A stretch of 31,707 bases of DNA from a virus. The DNA lies in the IMG/VR virus record IMGVR_UViG_3300033232_000021, positions 1 to 31,707 of that record; one strand, 5' to 3'. The notes under the pieces were generated by a model. That model ran no database searches, was not told the DNA's origin, and worked only from the letters and a program-made list of their open reading frames with translations. Both the position numbers and the translations under genes were made by a program. This document shows, one piece after another, positions 1-6,814 of the stretch. Every line of letters starts with the position of its first letter. Within the stretch, counting starts at the first letter, position 1.

Positions 1-127
1 CTTTTCTTTCTGCTTCTGCTTGTTCTTTCAATTCTTCTGGTGTTGGTCCTGATGTACCACTTGTTGTACCACCTGACGTACTTGTTGTACCACCTGACGT
101 ACTTGTTGTACCACCTGACGTACTTGT
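1..127. repeat. Terminal direct repeat. Bases 1-127 are identical to 31581-31707, consistent with the assembly overlap of a circular or circularly permuted genome (unique length 31,580 bp).
   Basis: Compared base by base: cttttctttctgcttctgcttg...ccacctgacgtacttgt is present at both ends. An ORF continues in frame through the join. Confidence 0.95.
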
Positions 128-295
128 TGTACCACCTGACGTACTTGTAGAGCCGTCTGATGTACTTCCCGAGCTTCCTAATACAGGCCCTATTGTTTGT
201 GTGCCTGTGTAGCCTGATTCTGTGTTATACCAATCTTCGGGAATTGTTGTATATATATCTGTTGAGGGTGCTTGACCCGATGTAAGTATACTCAT
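1..295 (-). CDS. 5' (N-terminal) part of the junction-spanning gene. It continues at 31580 down to 30520, giving 451 aa in total. The N-terminus is Ser/Thr/Gly-rich with four STSGGTT heptads.
   Basis: ATG at 295-293 is preceded by AAAGGAGGATTT. My translation is MSILTSGQAPSTDIYTTIPEDWYNTESGYTGTQTIGPVLGSSGSTSDGST(STSGGTT)x4 SGTSGPTPEEL, with no stop. Position 295 is in frame with the track ORF ending at 31611 (264 nt = 88 codons). The track start at 31611 is a TTG inside this longer ORF. Confidence 0.7.
   Translation of the reverse strand, partial: MSILTSGQAPSTDIYTTIPEDWYNTESGYTGTQTIGPVLGSSGSTSDGSTSTSGGTTSTSGGTTSTSGGTTSTSGGTTSGTSGPTPEELKEQAEAERK
61..148. repeat. Perfect 21-bp tandem repeat (ttgttgtaccacctgacgtac), 4.2 copies, with degenerate copies on both flanks (about 48-170).
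   Basis: Copies at 61-81, 82-102, 103-123 and 124-144 are identical. A partial copy is at 145-148. The period of 21 nt keeps the reading frame and encodes the heptad STSGGTT. Confidence 0.95.
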
Positions 296-522
296 AAATC
301 CTCCTTTAGCCTATCCTCTTCTTTATCAAGGTCTTCTTCGGTGACCTGTTTAGGCTCATCTTTTAAAATAGATACTATACCCGGAAGTTCTTTTATAGCT
401 TCCTTTAGTGTTTTATAAACATATTCCGATTCATCATCTTCTGAACAGGCTTTAACGATTATTCCATTTAAAGCACCTTCAATTTTGACGAACCAATTAT
501 CTTTTAGACCAGACTTTTCCAT
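292..522 (-). CDS. Hypothetical small acidic protein (76 aa).
   Basis: ATG at 522 is preceded by ATAGGAGGAAAAT. Its TGA overlaps the ATG of the next gene (ATGA at 292-295). Confidence 0.6.
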   Translation of the reverse strand: MEKSGLKDNWFVKIEGALNGIIVKACSEDDESEYVYKTLKEAIKELPGIVSILKDEPKQVTEEDLDKEEDRLKEDL

Positions 523-539
523 ATTTTCCTCCTATAAAT

Positions 540-570
540 AAAAAAAACCACGTCAATAAAGACGCGGTTT
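540..570 (-). terminator. Rho-independent terminator downstream of ORF 604-945.
   Basis: Minus strand reads AAACCGCGUC-UUUAUU-GACGUGGUUU followed by a U run. One stem pair is G.U. Confidence 0.7.
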
Positions 571-603
571 CATACGGCTGTGATTACCACTTATATAATT
601 CTA

Positions 604-945
604 TCAAATAGCACTGTCTGTGTCAAAACCACTCTCAGATCTATCTATCTTGTTTACTTCCCCCCAGATTATGATTTCATTCCCACCTAAGCTGTCTACG
701 TAGAATATAGGAAGCTTAATCGTTACGGGTATCTCTGGTGTTGTGGGGTTTGGTTCTGCCTGACCGGGTATCTTAAACATAAACATATCCCCGTCTGCAT
801 CTAATAGTCTTAGATACGAGGAGAGGTTGTTGCAGTTGTAAAATACTGACTGAACATTCAAACAATAATTAGACCCGAAGTTTGTTCTAACTTCTACTTT
901 CTTATCTCCTATACTTTTTTCTATTTTTACTTTAAATGGTTTCAT
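604..945 (-). CDS. Hypothetical protein (113 aa) immediately downstream of the repeat fibre. It could be a fibre-associated or assembly protein.
   Basis: ATG-initiated ORF. The call rests on position only. Confidence 0.55.
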   Translation of the reverse strand: MKPFKVKIEKSIGDKKVEVRTNFGSNYCLNVQSVFYNCNNLSSYLRLLDADGDMFMFKIPGQAEPNPTTPEIPVTIKLPIFYVDSLGGNEIIIWGEVNKIDRSESGFDTDSAI

Positions 946-953
946 ATATTATA

Positions 954-2462
954 TTATATCTCAATCCAAAAATATTTGTTATCAGGGTCCTCTGGTTTTA
1001 AGTTGTAGTAAATTCTTTCACCAAGTGGAACTATCAGTCTTGATGGTTGTGGTATATAAGCATTACAGTCTGGTGCTGATGAAACCAACGTTTGTACATC
1101 TGGAGATACTGTCACACTTCTTTTTGTTGTTATTGTTACATCTTGTGCTGATGATGTTAAAGATTGTTCACTTACACCAATAGATATTGTTCCTGATAAT
1201 GCTATGGTTGGACTATTAGCAACCGAAGTTAATGATTGAACTCCAGCACTTATTGAAACATTCCTTATAACAGAGACGTTTATAGTAGGTTGAGAGCTGG
1301 TTAGTACCTGTGCTTCTGGTGTAACGGTTACGCCCCTTACTGTTGTAATAGTTACATCCTGTGCTGATACGTTAGACGATATAGCATTTGGTGATACTGA
1401 TATATTACCAGCAGTTGAAACACCCGCCCCATCTGTACTCGCAACTAATGATTGTACTTCAGGAGATATGGTTACTGATTTAGTTGTTGTTATTGTAAGT
1501 GTGGGTTGGGAAGATGTTAGTTCGTTTGTTGTAACATTTACAATCGTACCACTTGCTAATGATATTGTTGGTGATACTGCTGTTCCTGTTAGTACTTGTG
1601 CTTCTGGAGTTATGGTTACATTCCTAACACTTGTTACTGTAGGTACTGGTTGAGATGTAGTACACACGTTAGCATCAGGAGTAATTGTTGCATTCCTAAT
1701 AGCTGAAACTGTAGCTGTAGGTATAGATGACGTTAATGCCAAAACACCTGCAAGTATAGTTGCACCTATTCCTAATGTTACTGCATTAGTAGAAGCTGTT
1801 AATGATTGAACTTCCACACTTGTAGATACATTTCTTACACCTGTAGTTGTAGCGGTTGGTTGAGAACTTGTTAGAGTCTGAACTGATGGTGTAATGGTTA
1901 CACTTGTTGACTCACTTCCCCAAGAAACATTTTCATTTAGGTTAAGGAAGGTGTTTGTACCTGTTCCTGCTGCATTTCCACCAAACCATACAGTACAAGT
2001 ATAGCCATTAGCCATAGTGCCTACATTTGTAATGTATAGTTTCAAAACTAACCTATCATCTGCAGAAAACCCTGTATCTGTTACATCACCAACCCAAGTC
2101 ATTGCAGCTTCTGAACCTGTTTTATTAAATTCTACACCATCGTCAAATGGACCACCACTAATAAGAGTCTCACTCCCACCACTCCATTTATAAAGTCGGT
2201 ATCTACCACCTGCATTAGCTTTAGCGTTATCCTCACTTGCCCAGATTGAAATATCTGTCGTAGTTAAAGTAAACCCCGTCCCCACGGGTGGGGAAATCCA
2301 AGCCATTGCAGTCCCACCAGCAGTTTTAGTCCATTGAATATCTGTCCCAGAGGCAGAGGTATTAACTACCCCTGTTGTCCCAGAAGTACCTGCTGATAAA
2401 TCAAGGTCGTAATACCCGCTTACTCTTGTTTGTTCACTTCTTAAATATAATTTAGTTGCCAT
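954..2462 (-). CDS. Tail fibre / surface fibre protein (502 aa). It has a globular N-terminal domain of about 180 aa, then about 290 aa of degenerate Ser/Thr/Val-rich repeats.
   Basis: Repeats of about 24 or 48 aa look like VTITPEAQVLTSSQPT....VRN, and each ends in R/K-N/S/G. The gene lies in the late operon downstream of the capsid genes. Extended beta-strand-like composition is typical of fibres. Confidence 0.65.
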   Translation of the reverse strand: MATKLYLRSEQTRVSGYYDLDLSAGTSGTTGVVNTSASGTDIQWTKTAGGTAMAWISPPVGTGFTLTTTDISIWASEDNAKANAGGRYRLYKWSGGSETLISGGPFDDGVEFNKTGSEAAMTWVGDVTDTGFSADDRLVLKLYITNVGTMANGYTCTVWFGGNAAGTGTNTFLNLNENVSWGSESTSVTITPSVQTLTSSQPTATTTGVRNVSTSVEVQSLTASTNAVTLGIGATILAGVLALTSSIPTATVSAIRNATITPDANVCTTSQPVPTVTSVRNVTITPEAQVLTGTAVSPTISLASGTIVNVTTNELTSSQPTLTITTTKSVTISPEVQSLVASTDGAGVSTAGNISVSPNAISSNVSAQDVTITTVRGVTVTPEAQVLTSSQPTINVSVIRNVSISAGVQSLTSVANSPTIALSGTISIGVSEQSLTSSAQDVTITTKRSVTVSPDVQTLVSSAPDCNAYIPQPSRLIVPLGERIYYNLKPEDPDNKYFWIEI

Positions 2463-2463
2463 A

Positions 2464-2739
2464 TTAAGTTAGATGAACTATGTGCTTTCCAATCCAATAC
2501 CACACTTTAAAAGCAATAGATTCATCGCTATACCATCTACCAACTTTATTAAAACAATACCCACCGAACCACCACCATATACGCCTGTGCAACTTTGAAG
2601 TAACACAATCCATATACTGACTAAAGTCCCTTGCTATACAACGCAGGTGTTTTATCTGCCTACGCATAACATCAAGGTCTGTTATTTCCTCGTCATTTTT
2701 TAGCCAATCATATATTTCTTTAGGTGCTTCGTATGCCAT
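2464..2739 (-). CDS. Hypothetical Trp-rich protein (91 aa).
   Basis: ATG is preceded by GAAAGGA. Its stop lies 1 nt before the fibre ATG. Confidence 0.55.
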   Translation of the reverse strand: MAYEAPKEIYDWLKNDEEITDLDVMRRQIKHLRCIARDFSQYMDCVTSKLHRRIWWWFGGYCFNKVGRWYSDESIAFKVWYWIGKHIVHLT

Positions 2740-2761
2740 AATATCCTTTCAAAAGTTTCTT

Positions 2762-2805
2762 ATAAACAAATAGGGCGGAGCAGTTTTATACCCACACCCG
2801 CCCTA
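2762..2805 (-). terminator. Putative intrinsic terminator after the 142-aa structural gene.
   Basis: 8-bp GC-rich stem (tagggcgg 2771-2778 / ccgcccta 2798-2805). On the minus strand it is followed by UUUGUUUAU. The 19-nt loop is large. Confidence 0.55.
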
Positions 2806-2826
2806 AAAGATACAAATTTATATCCT

Positions 2827-3255
2827 TTAACCTACGTTAATTATACCTTCTGCGTTCCATTGGATTGTAAAATCTCCAGAAGAACTAACCTTATCTGCAC
2901 CGAAGTCAAAATAAGCTATAAGTAAACTCGTAGCAGCCGTGCCGGTATCTAAGTAAACAACAGCACCTCTTGCAGTTATTGTTGAAGATGACCACGTAAC
3001 GTCAGCAGCATCAAATACTCCCTCATCATCTACGGTATCTTTTGTTACTGTCTTAGATGCCAATGTTGCTCCACCTGCTGTATATCCTGTACCTGTAACT
3101 TCGTTTGTTATATCTGCGAAATCTTCGTGTGTATCAATGTCCGGGGTGTAGGTACTTGTAACTAAAGCTACGTTTATATCAACTAAAGCATTATCCAAGT
3201 CATAATCACCTGCTAATATTCCTTGTTTGAATCTATTGTAAATTGCATTTGCCAT
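2827..3255 (-). CDS. Conserved-looking phage virion protein (142 aa), function unknown. Probably abundant.
   Basis: ATG is preceded by GGGGGTGAG and the gene is followed by its own terminator. The pattern YTPD..H..F.DI..EV.GTGYTAGG...W resembles uncharacterised structural proteins of other phages. This is from memory, not a search. Confidence 0.55.
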   Translation of the reverse strand: MANAIYNRFKQGILAGDYDLDNALVDINVALVTSTYTPDIDTHEDFADITNEVTGTGYTAGGATLASKTVTKDTVDDEGVFDAADVTWSSSTITARGAVVYLDTGTAATSLLIAYFDFGADKVSSSGDFTIQWNAEGIINVG

Positions 3256-3332
3256 TACTTCTCACCCCCATCCTTATTTGAACCTTTTACTTTTAATGTA
3301 GGAACTTCTACTATTACGTCTTTATTTTCCAT
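3255..3332 (-). CDS. Possible 25-aa micro-ORF (MENKDVIVEVPTLKVKGSNKDGGEK).
   Basis: AAAGG lies 6 nt upstream of the ATG. Its TAA overlaps the next ATG (TAATG). Below the ORF-track size cutoff. Confidence 0.25.
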   Translation of the reverse strand: MENKDVIVEVPTLKVKGSNKDGGEK

Positions 3333-3343
3333 AATTTGCCTTT

Positions 3344-3598
3344 CTAAGAATAACTTAATGTTAAATAATTATCCCAAATATTATCAAAATTAGCATCACC
3401 ATCTGCCCAAGTAACTATTAAACCAGATGCTGTATTTAACTTCTTAATTCTCCACACGTTATTACTCGTAGCAGAACCTATCTGTGCCTTACCAACATAT
3501 ATAGTATCACCAGACTCTACCAATCGAATAGTATATTCACCCTCAATGGCTGATATAACACCTGATAGATCTGTTTTAGAAAATCCTGTACTAACCAT
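3344..3598 (-). CDS. Hypothetical small protein (84 aa).
   Basis: ATG ORF that overlaps the stop of the upstream GT-B gene. Confidence 0.55.
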   Translation of the reverse strand: MVSTGFSKTDLSGVISAIEGEYTIRLVESGDTIYVGKAQIGSATSNNVWRIKKLNTASGLIVTWADGDANFDNIWDNYLTLSYS

Positions 3599-4676
3599 GC
3601 ACTACCTCCATATAAATATCTAAAAAATCCTGAAGGTGGTCTTTTAGGTTAAACTTTTCCTTAACTTCTTTACACGCTTGTTTTCCTATCTTTTTTCTTA
3701 AATCCCTATCCTCAATTAACATTGAGATGTATTTTTCCCACTCTTCCTCTGTTGAAGCTAAAAATCCATTCTTCCCATGATCCACTACATCAGAATAAAG
3801 CACGGGGGAACATACTGCAGGTGTTTCAAGTATCCCATACTCCATCCACTTGATAGGTGTTTTACATCTATTAAAGTAATCATCAACTAATGGTGCTATT
3901 CCTATATCAAAGTCAAGCGTCCTGTGTTTCATCGGCCAATAGTCTTCTCTTACACCTATCGCAAACTCGCGTCTGTGTCTCGGGAGTTCTTTAAAAACAT
4001 CCTCTCCCCAACTTGCCTCTGTGTATATTTTATCACTACTCATACCTCCAAAGCCACAATAAACAAATTTCAACTGTGGATATTTGTCTAAAAGTCGCCC
4101 TATAACAGGTGTAATCATTCTCATATCTTCATAGTGTCCGCGCGAACCAAACCAACCAAGTCTTATCTCGTCTGTGGTTCGTTCTATATTTAATCTACCT
4201 TCGCCGTACCAATCATAGTTTATATAGTTAGGAACTACATATATCGGTTTATCGGTATGTTTGGCGTGGTTTTCTTTTAAGTGTTCGTTTGTAACCATTA
4301 AAGCATCTACAAGTTGGATTGTTTCTATAGTCTTTTCTCTGTGGTGTTCTCCTATGTGTTGAAGGTTTTTTCGTTCCTTTCCATAAGCATCTAACATTGC
4401 GTCATCTGACTCGTATATTACCTTTGCACCTTGAGCCTGACACTCTCTTACCATATCAGGGGAGGTAAGCATTTCCATTATTACAAGGTTAGTTCCTTGA
4501 GGAAGTCTACCGTTCCACTTAGTCCACTCTGTTACATATACTGCGTGGTCTTCTGTTTGAGTGTTTAACCAATCAGCAACACCATCTATTCTAAATGCGT
4601 GAGAAGCTGTTCCATTTGTAAAGAATACAGCGTTAATCTTTTTTGCCGTAGTATTCATATAACCCTTTCTGTGCAT
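3591..4676 (-). CDS. GT-B fold glycosyltransferase (GT1/GT4-like, 361 aa).
   Basis: C-terminal EYGILETPAVCSPVLYSDVVDHGKNGFL...EEW matches the E-x7-E / nucleotide-sugar binding region of GT4-type enzymes. No TM segments. Confidence 0.75.
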   Translation of the reverse strand: MHRKGYMNTTAKKINAVFFTNGTASHAFRIDGVADWLNTQTEDHAVYVTEWTKWNGRLPQGTNLVIMEMLTSPDMVRECQAQGAKVIYESDDAMLDAYGKERKNLQHIGEHHREKTIETIQLVDALMVTNEHLKENHAKHTDKPIYVVPNYINYDWYGEGRLNIERTTDEIRLGWFGSRGHYEDMRMITPVIGRLLDKYPQLKFVYCGFGGMSSDKIYTEASWGEDVFKELPRHRREFAIGVREDYWPMKHRTLDFDIGIAPLVDDYFNRCKTPIKWMEYGILETPAVCSPVLYSDVVDHGKNGFLASTEEEWEKYISMLIEDRDLRKKIGKQACKEVKEKFNLKDHLQDFLDIYMEVVHG

Positions 4677-5235
4677 TAAGCACCTCTGATAAAAACATAA
4701 ACTCTGTATCTGGGGACAGTTTTAATATCCTGTGCATTGTTTCCTCAAGCCCATTATCACATACATCTTGAATGTGTCCGTGAGCTATTATAGGTTCTTT
4801 AGCATCTGCGTTAGGTTCATCGTTAGATAAGTTCCAATTATAATAACCATCCTCTACTACCTTAAATCCTGCGTCTAATGCTGCTTGTTTTGCTTCCTTT
4901 GATAACTCCCACTGCGGTGCTTTGAATATTTTAGTAAAGTTTTTAATCCCAGCGTTTTGGAACATCTTTTGTCCTACTGTTAGTCTTTTTAAAGCACCCT
5001 CATAAGAAAGTTCTGCAAACTCTGATGGTGCGTGTGTTAGTCCATGCAGTGCAACCTCTATCCAATCGGCTTTGTTTACAGCCTCAACGAATGGTTTAAA
5101 TTTATCAAGTGTTATAGGTGCGGAGTCTTGAATGTTCTTGCAATACCTAACCTCCCAAGGAACAGTGAATAAAGTCACCTTAAAGTTAGGGAAGTGGTCT
5201 GCCATTTCCTCTAAATACACAAGACCGTGGTTCAC
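4633..5235 (-). CDS. Polysaccharide-deacetylase-like (DUF2334/NodB-like) protein. It may be N-terminally truncated.
   Basis: Contains KVTLFTVP...ALHGLTH...FKAPQWE motifs. The only start in the track is GTG at 5235, and no SD is visible. The in-frame peptide PDDFSA lies just upstream, behind a TGA. Confidence 0.45.
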   Translation of the reverse strand: MNHGLVYLEEMADHFPNFKVTLFTVPWEVRYCKNIQDSAPITLDKFKPFVEAVNKADWIEVALHGLTHAPSEFAELSYEGALKRLTVGQKMFQNAGIKNFTKIFKAPQWELSKEAKQAALDAGFKVVEDGYYNWNLSNDEPNADAKEPIIAHGHIQDVCDNGLEETMHRILKLSPDTEFMFLSEVLNAQKGLYEYYGKKD

Positions 5236-5296
5236 GGCAGAAAAATCATCCGGTCATATTCTATCGCAACTCTTAGGGGCTTATCCTTTTTCTTGC

Positions 5297-5734
5297 TTAT
5301 AGACATAAAGGCACCACCTCCTTCCGATGTTCATTTAAATGACATGCCTGACACAGGACTTCTAAATTTTTTACTATATTATTCTTTTTATTTCTGTCTT
5401 TATGGTGTATCACAAGAGTAACCTCGTCTTTCCCCCTACCACACCTTTCACAAAAAGCATTGATAGTGGATTTATTACCTTCAAAAAACTTATTCTCTGA
5501 CCATCTTCTTTTATATAGTCTTGTGCTTTTCTTCCTGTTGAACTTTGTCCAAATTTCTTTACGAGTCTTTTTATGTTCTTTTTCATATTCTCTACGACAT
5601 TTCTCAGAACAGTAACTAATACTATAACTATCTCTATTGGCTTTCTTAACATCATACTCAGCTCTTTTAAAATCTTCCCCACAGTTTTTGCACTCGTATT
5701 TATAATATTTACCTCTGGGTCTTCCCATAAACAT
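5297..5734 (-). CDS. Free-standing HNH homing endonuclease with N-terminal Zn-ribbons.
   Basis: VIHHKDRNKKNN...LEVLCQACHLNEH is a canonical HNH motif. CKNCG and CSEKC pairs lie in the N-terminal part. Confidence 0.85.
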   Translation of the reverse strand: MFMGRPRGKYYKYECKNCGEDFKRAEYDVKKANRDSYSISYCSEKCRREYEKEHKKTRKEIWTKFNRKKSTRLYKRRWSENKFFEGNKSTINAFCERCGRGKDEVTLVIHHKDRNKKNNIVKNLEVLCQACHLNEHRKEVVPLCL

Positions 5735-5765
5735 ATTATACTACATCTGTCCAGAAAACCTATTT

Positions 5766-6284
5766 TCATTTAGTAACCTCCAAAAAATAATCACCGTTAG
5801 ATAGCTTTGTAATATCTACATTCTCACCGAAAGCATCTACAAGCTCTTGGTATGTTACTACCTTAGCAGGTTCGCTCTCCCTTTCAAGTGTGGAAGGTGC
5901 TTCTATTATACCTATTCCGTCAGGTTTTAGTATTCTTAATATCTCTTTATAGGCATCGTTTCTATTTTCTAATATGTGTTCAACTACTGCGTAGCATATA
6001 ACCATATCAAACGTATTGTCCTCAAAGTTTGTTTTTCTTATGTCTTGAACGTATGTCGGTAGAACGTTAGGATCAATGTCTAATGTTTCATACGTGGCGT
6101 TATCAAACATATAAGCATGACCGCCGGGCCAAACATCGCCGTGTATTCCTATGTCTAATACTCTTTTACCTTGTAAGTCTACCATCTTAGCAATTGCTTC
6201 AAGTCTTTGCCAACCCGGTCTTGACCTTGCGTTTGCAATCATATTTTCTTTTATTTCTGGTGTAATTTTTGACATATTAACCAA
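5766..6284 (-). CDS. Class I SAM-dependent methyltransferase (about 170 aa).
   Basis: RVLDIGIHGD resembles motif I. MVICYAVVEHI and LKPDGIGII are post-I-like motifs. The start is ambiguous: TTG at 6284 with GAGGAG upstream, or ATG at 6275. Confidence 0.7.
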   Translation of the reverse strand: MVNMSKITPEIKENMIANARSRPGWQRLEAIAKMVDLQGKRVLDIGIHGDVWPGGHAYMFDNATYETLDIDPNVLPTYVQDIRKTNFEDNTFDMVICYAVVEHILENRNDAYKEILRILKPDGIGIIEAPSTLERESEPAKVVTYQELVDAFGENVDITKLSNGDYFLEVTK

Positions 6285-6814
6285 TACTCAGGTACTCCTC
6301 TTAACTTAACTGCCTCGTATATAACCTCAGCCTTTCCTTCTAATTCCTTTTTAATCTTTTCAGGGTCATCTATCCATTGCGTATGTGAGGGATTGTATTC
6401 GGGATACTCACTTTCAATAGGAACAATTAAGTATAACTTGTCGTTTAAAGCGTCTAATATACTTGCGATAGCTTTTTTTAAATCATAACTATGCTCAAGT
6501 GAGTGTGCGCAGAATATCACATCCCACTTTCCTTCAACGTAGTGCATATCTTGATACATCACTTTTGCGTATTGCTCGGCAACCTTCAGCTTGTTTCTAT
6601 CTATATCTCCACCAACTACTTTTGTATAAAGCATGTTCTCTTGAATATACTGAGTTCCCCAACCATCACCACACCCTAAATCAAGCAATGTCTTAGGCTT
6701 ACCGACAGTTTCAAGCATCCAATCTATACCCTCTTTTAAGAGTCCTTGATATCCGGGGTAATCCCTCGTCCAAGCACTTCCATTAAGTTGTAATTCTAAG
6801 TATTCTTCGTTCAT
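6251..6814 (-). CDS. Class I SAM-dependent methyltransferase (187 aa).
   Basis: LLDLGCGDGWGT is motif I. It also has VIFCAHSLEH. ATGA overlap with the upstream GT2 gene. No DPPY/NPPY DNA-methyltransferase motif seen. Confidence 0.8.
   Translation of the reverse strand: MNEEYLELQLNGSAWTRDYPGYQGLLKEGIDWMLETVGKPKTLLDLGCGDGWGTQYIQENMLYTKVVGGDIDRNKLKVAEQYAKVMYQDMHYVEGKWDVIFCAHSLEHSYDLKKAIASILDALNDKLYLIVPIESEYPEYNPSHTQWIDDPEKIKKELEGKAEVIYEAVKLRGVPEYWLICQKLHQK

Noticed and set aside
954-2462. Diversity-generating retroelement or CRISPR-like explanation for the fibre repeats.
   Set aside because: There is no reverse transcriptase, no template repeat elsewhere in the genome and no spacer-repeat architecture. 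The repeats are in-frame, diverged protein modules.
5410-5769. 119-aa minus-strand ORF overlapping the HNH gene.
   Set aside because: It lies almost entirely inside the HNH ORF in another frame. The HNH frame carries clear catalytic and Zn-ribbon motifs, and this frame carries none.
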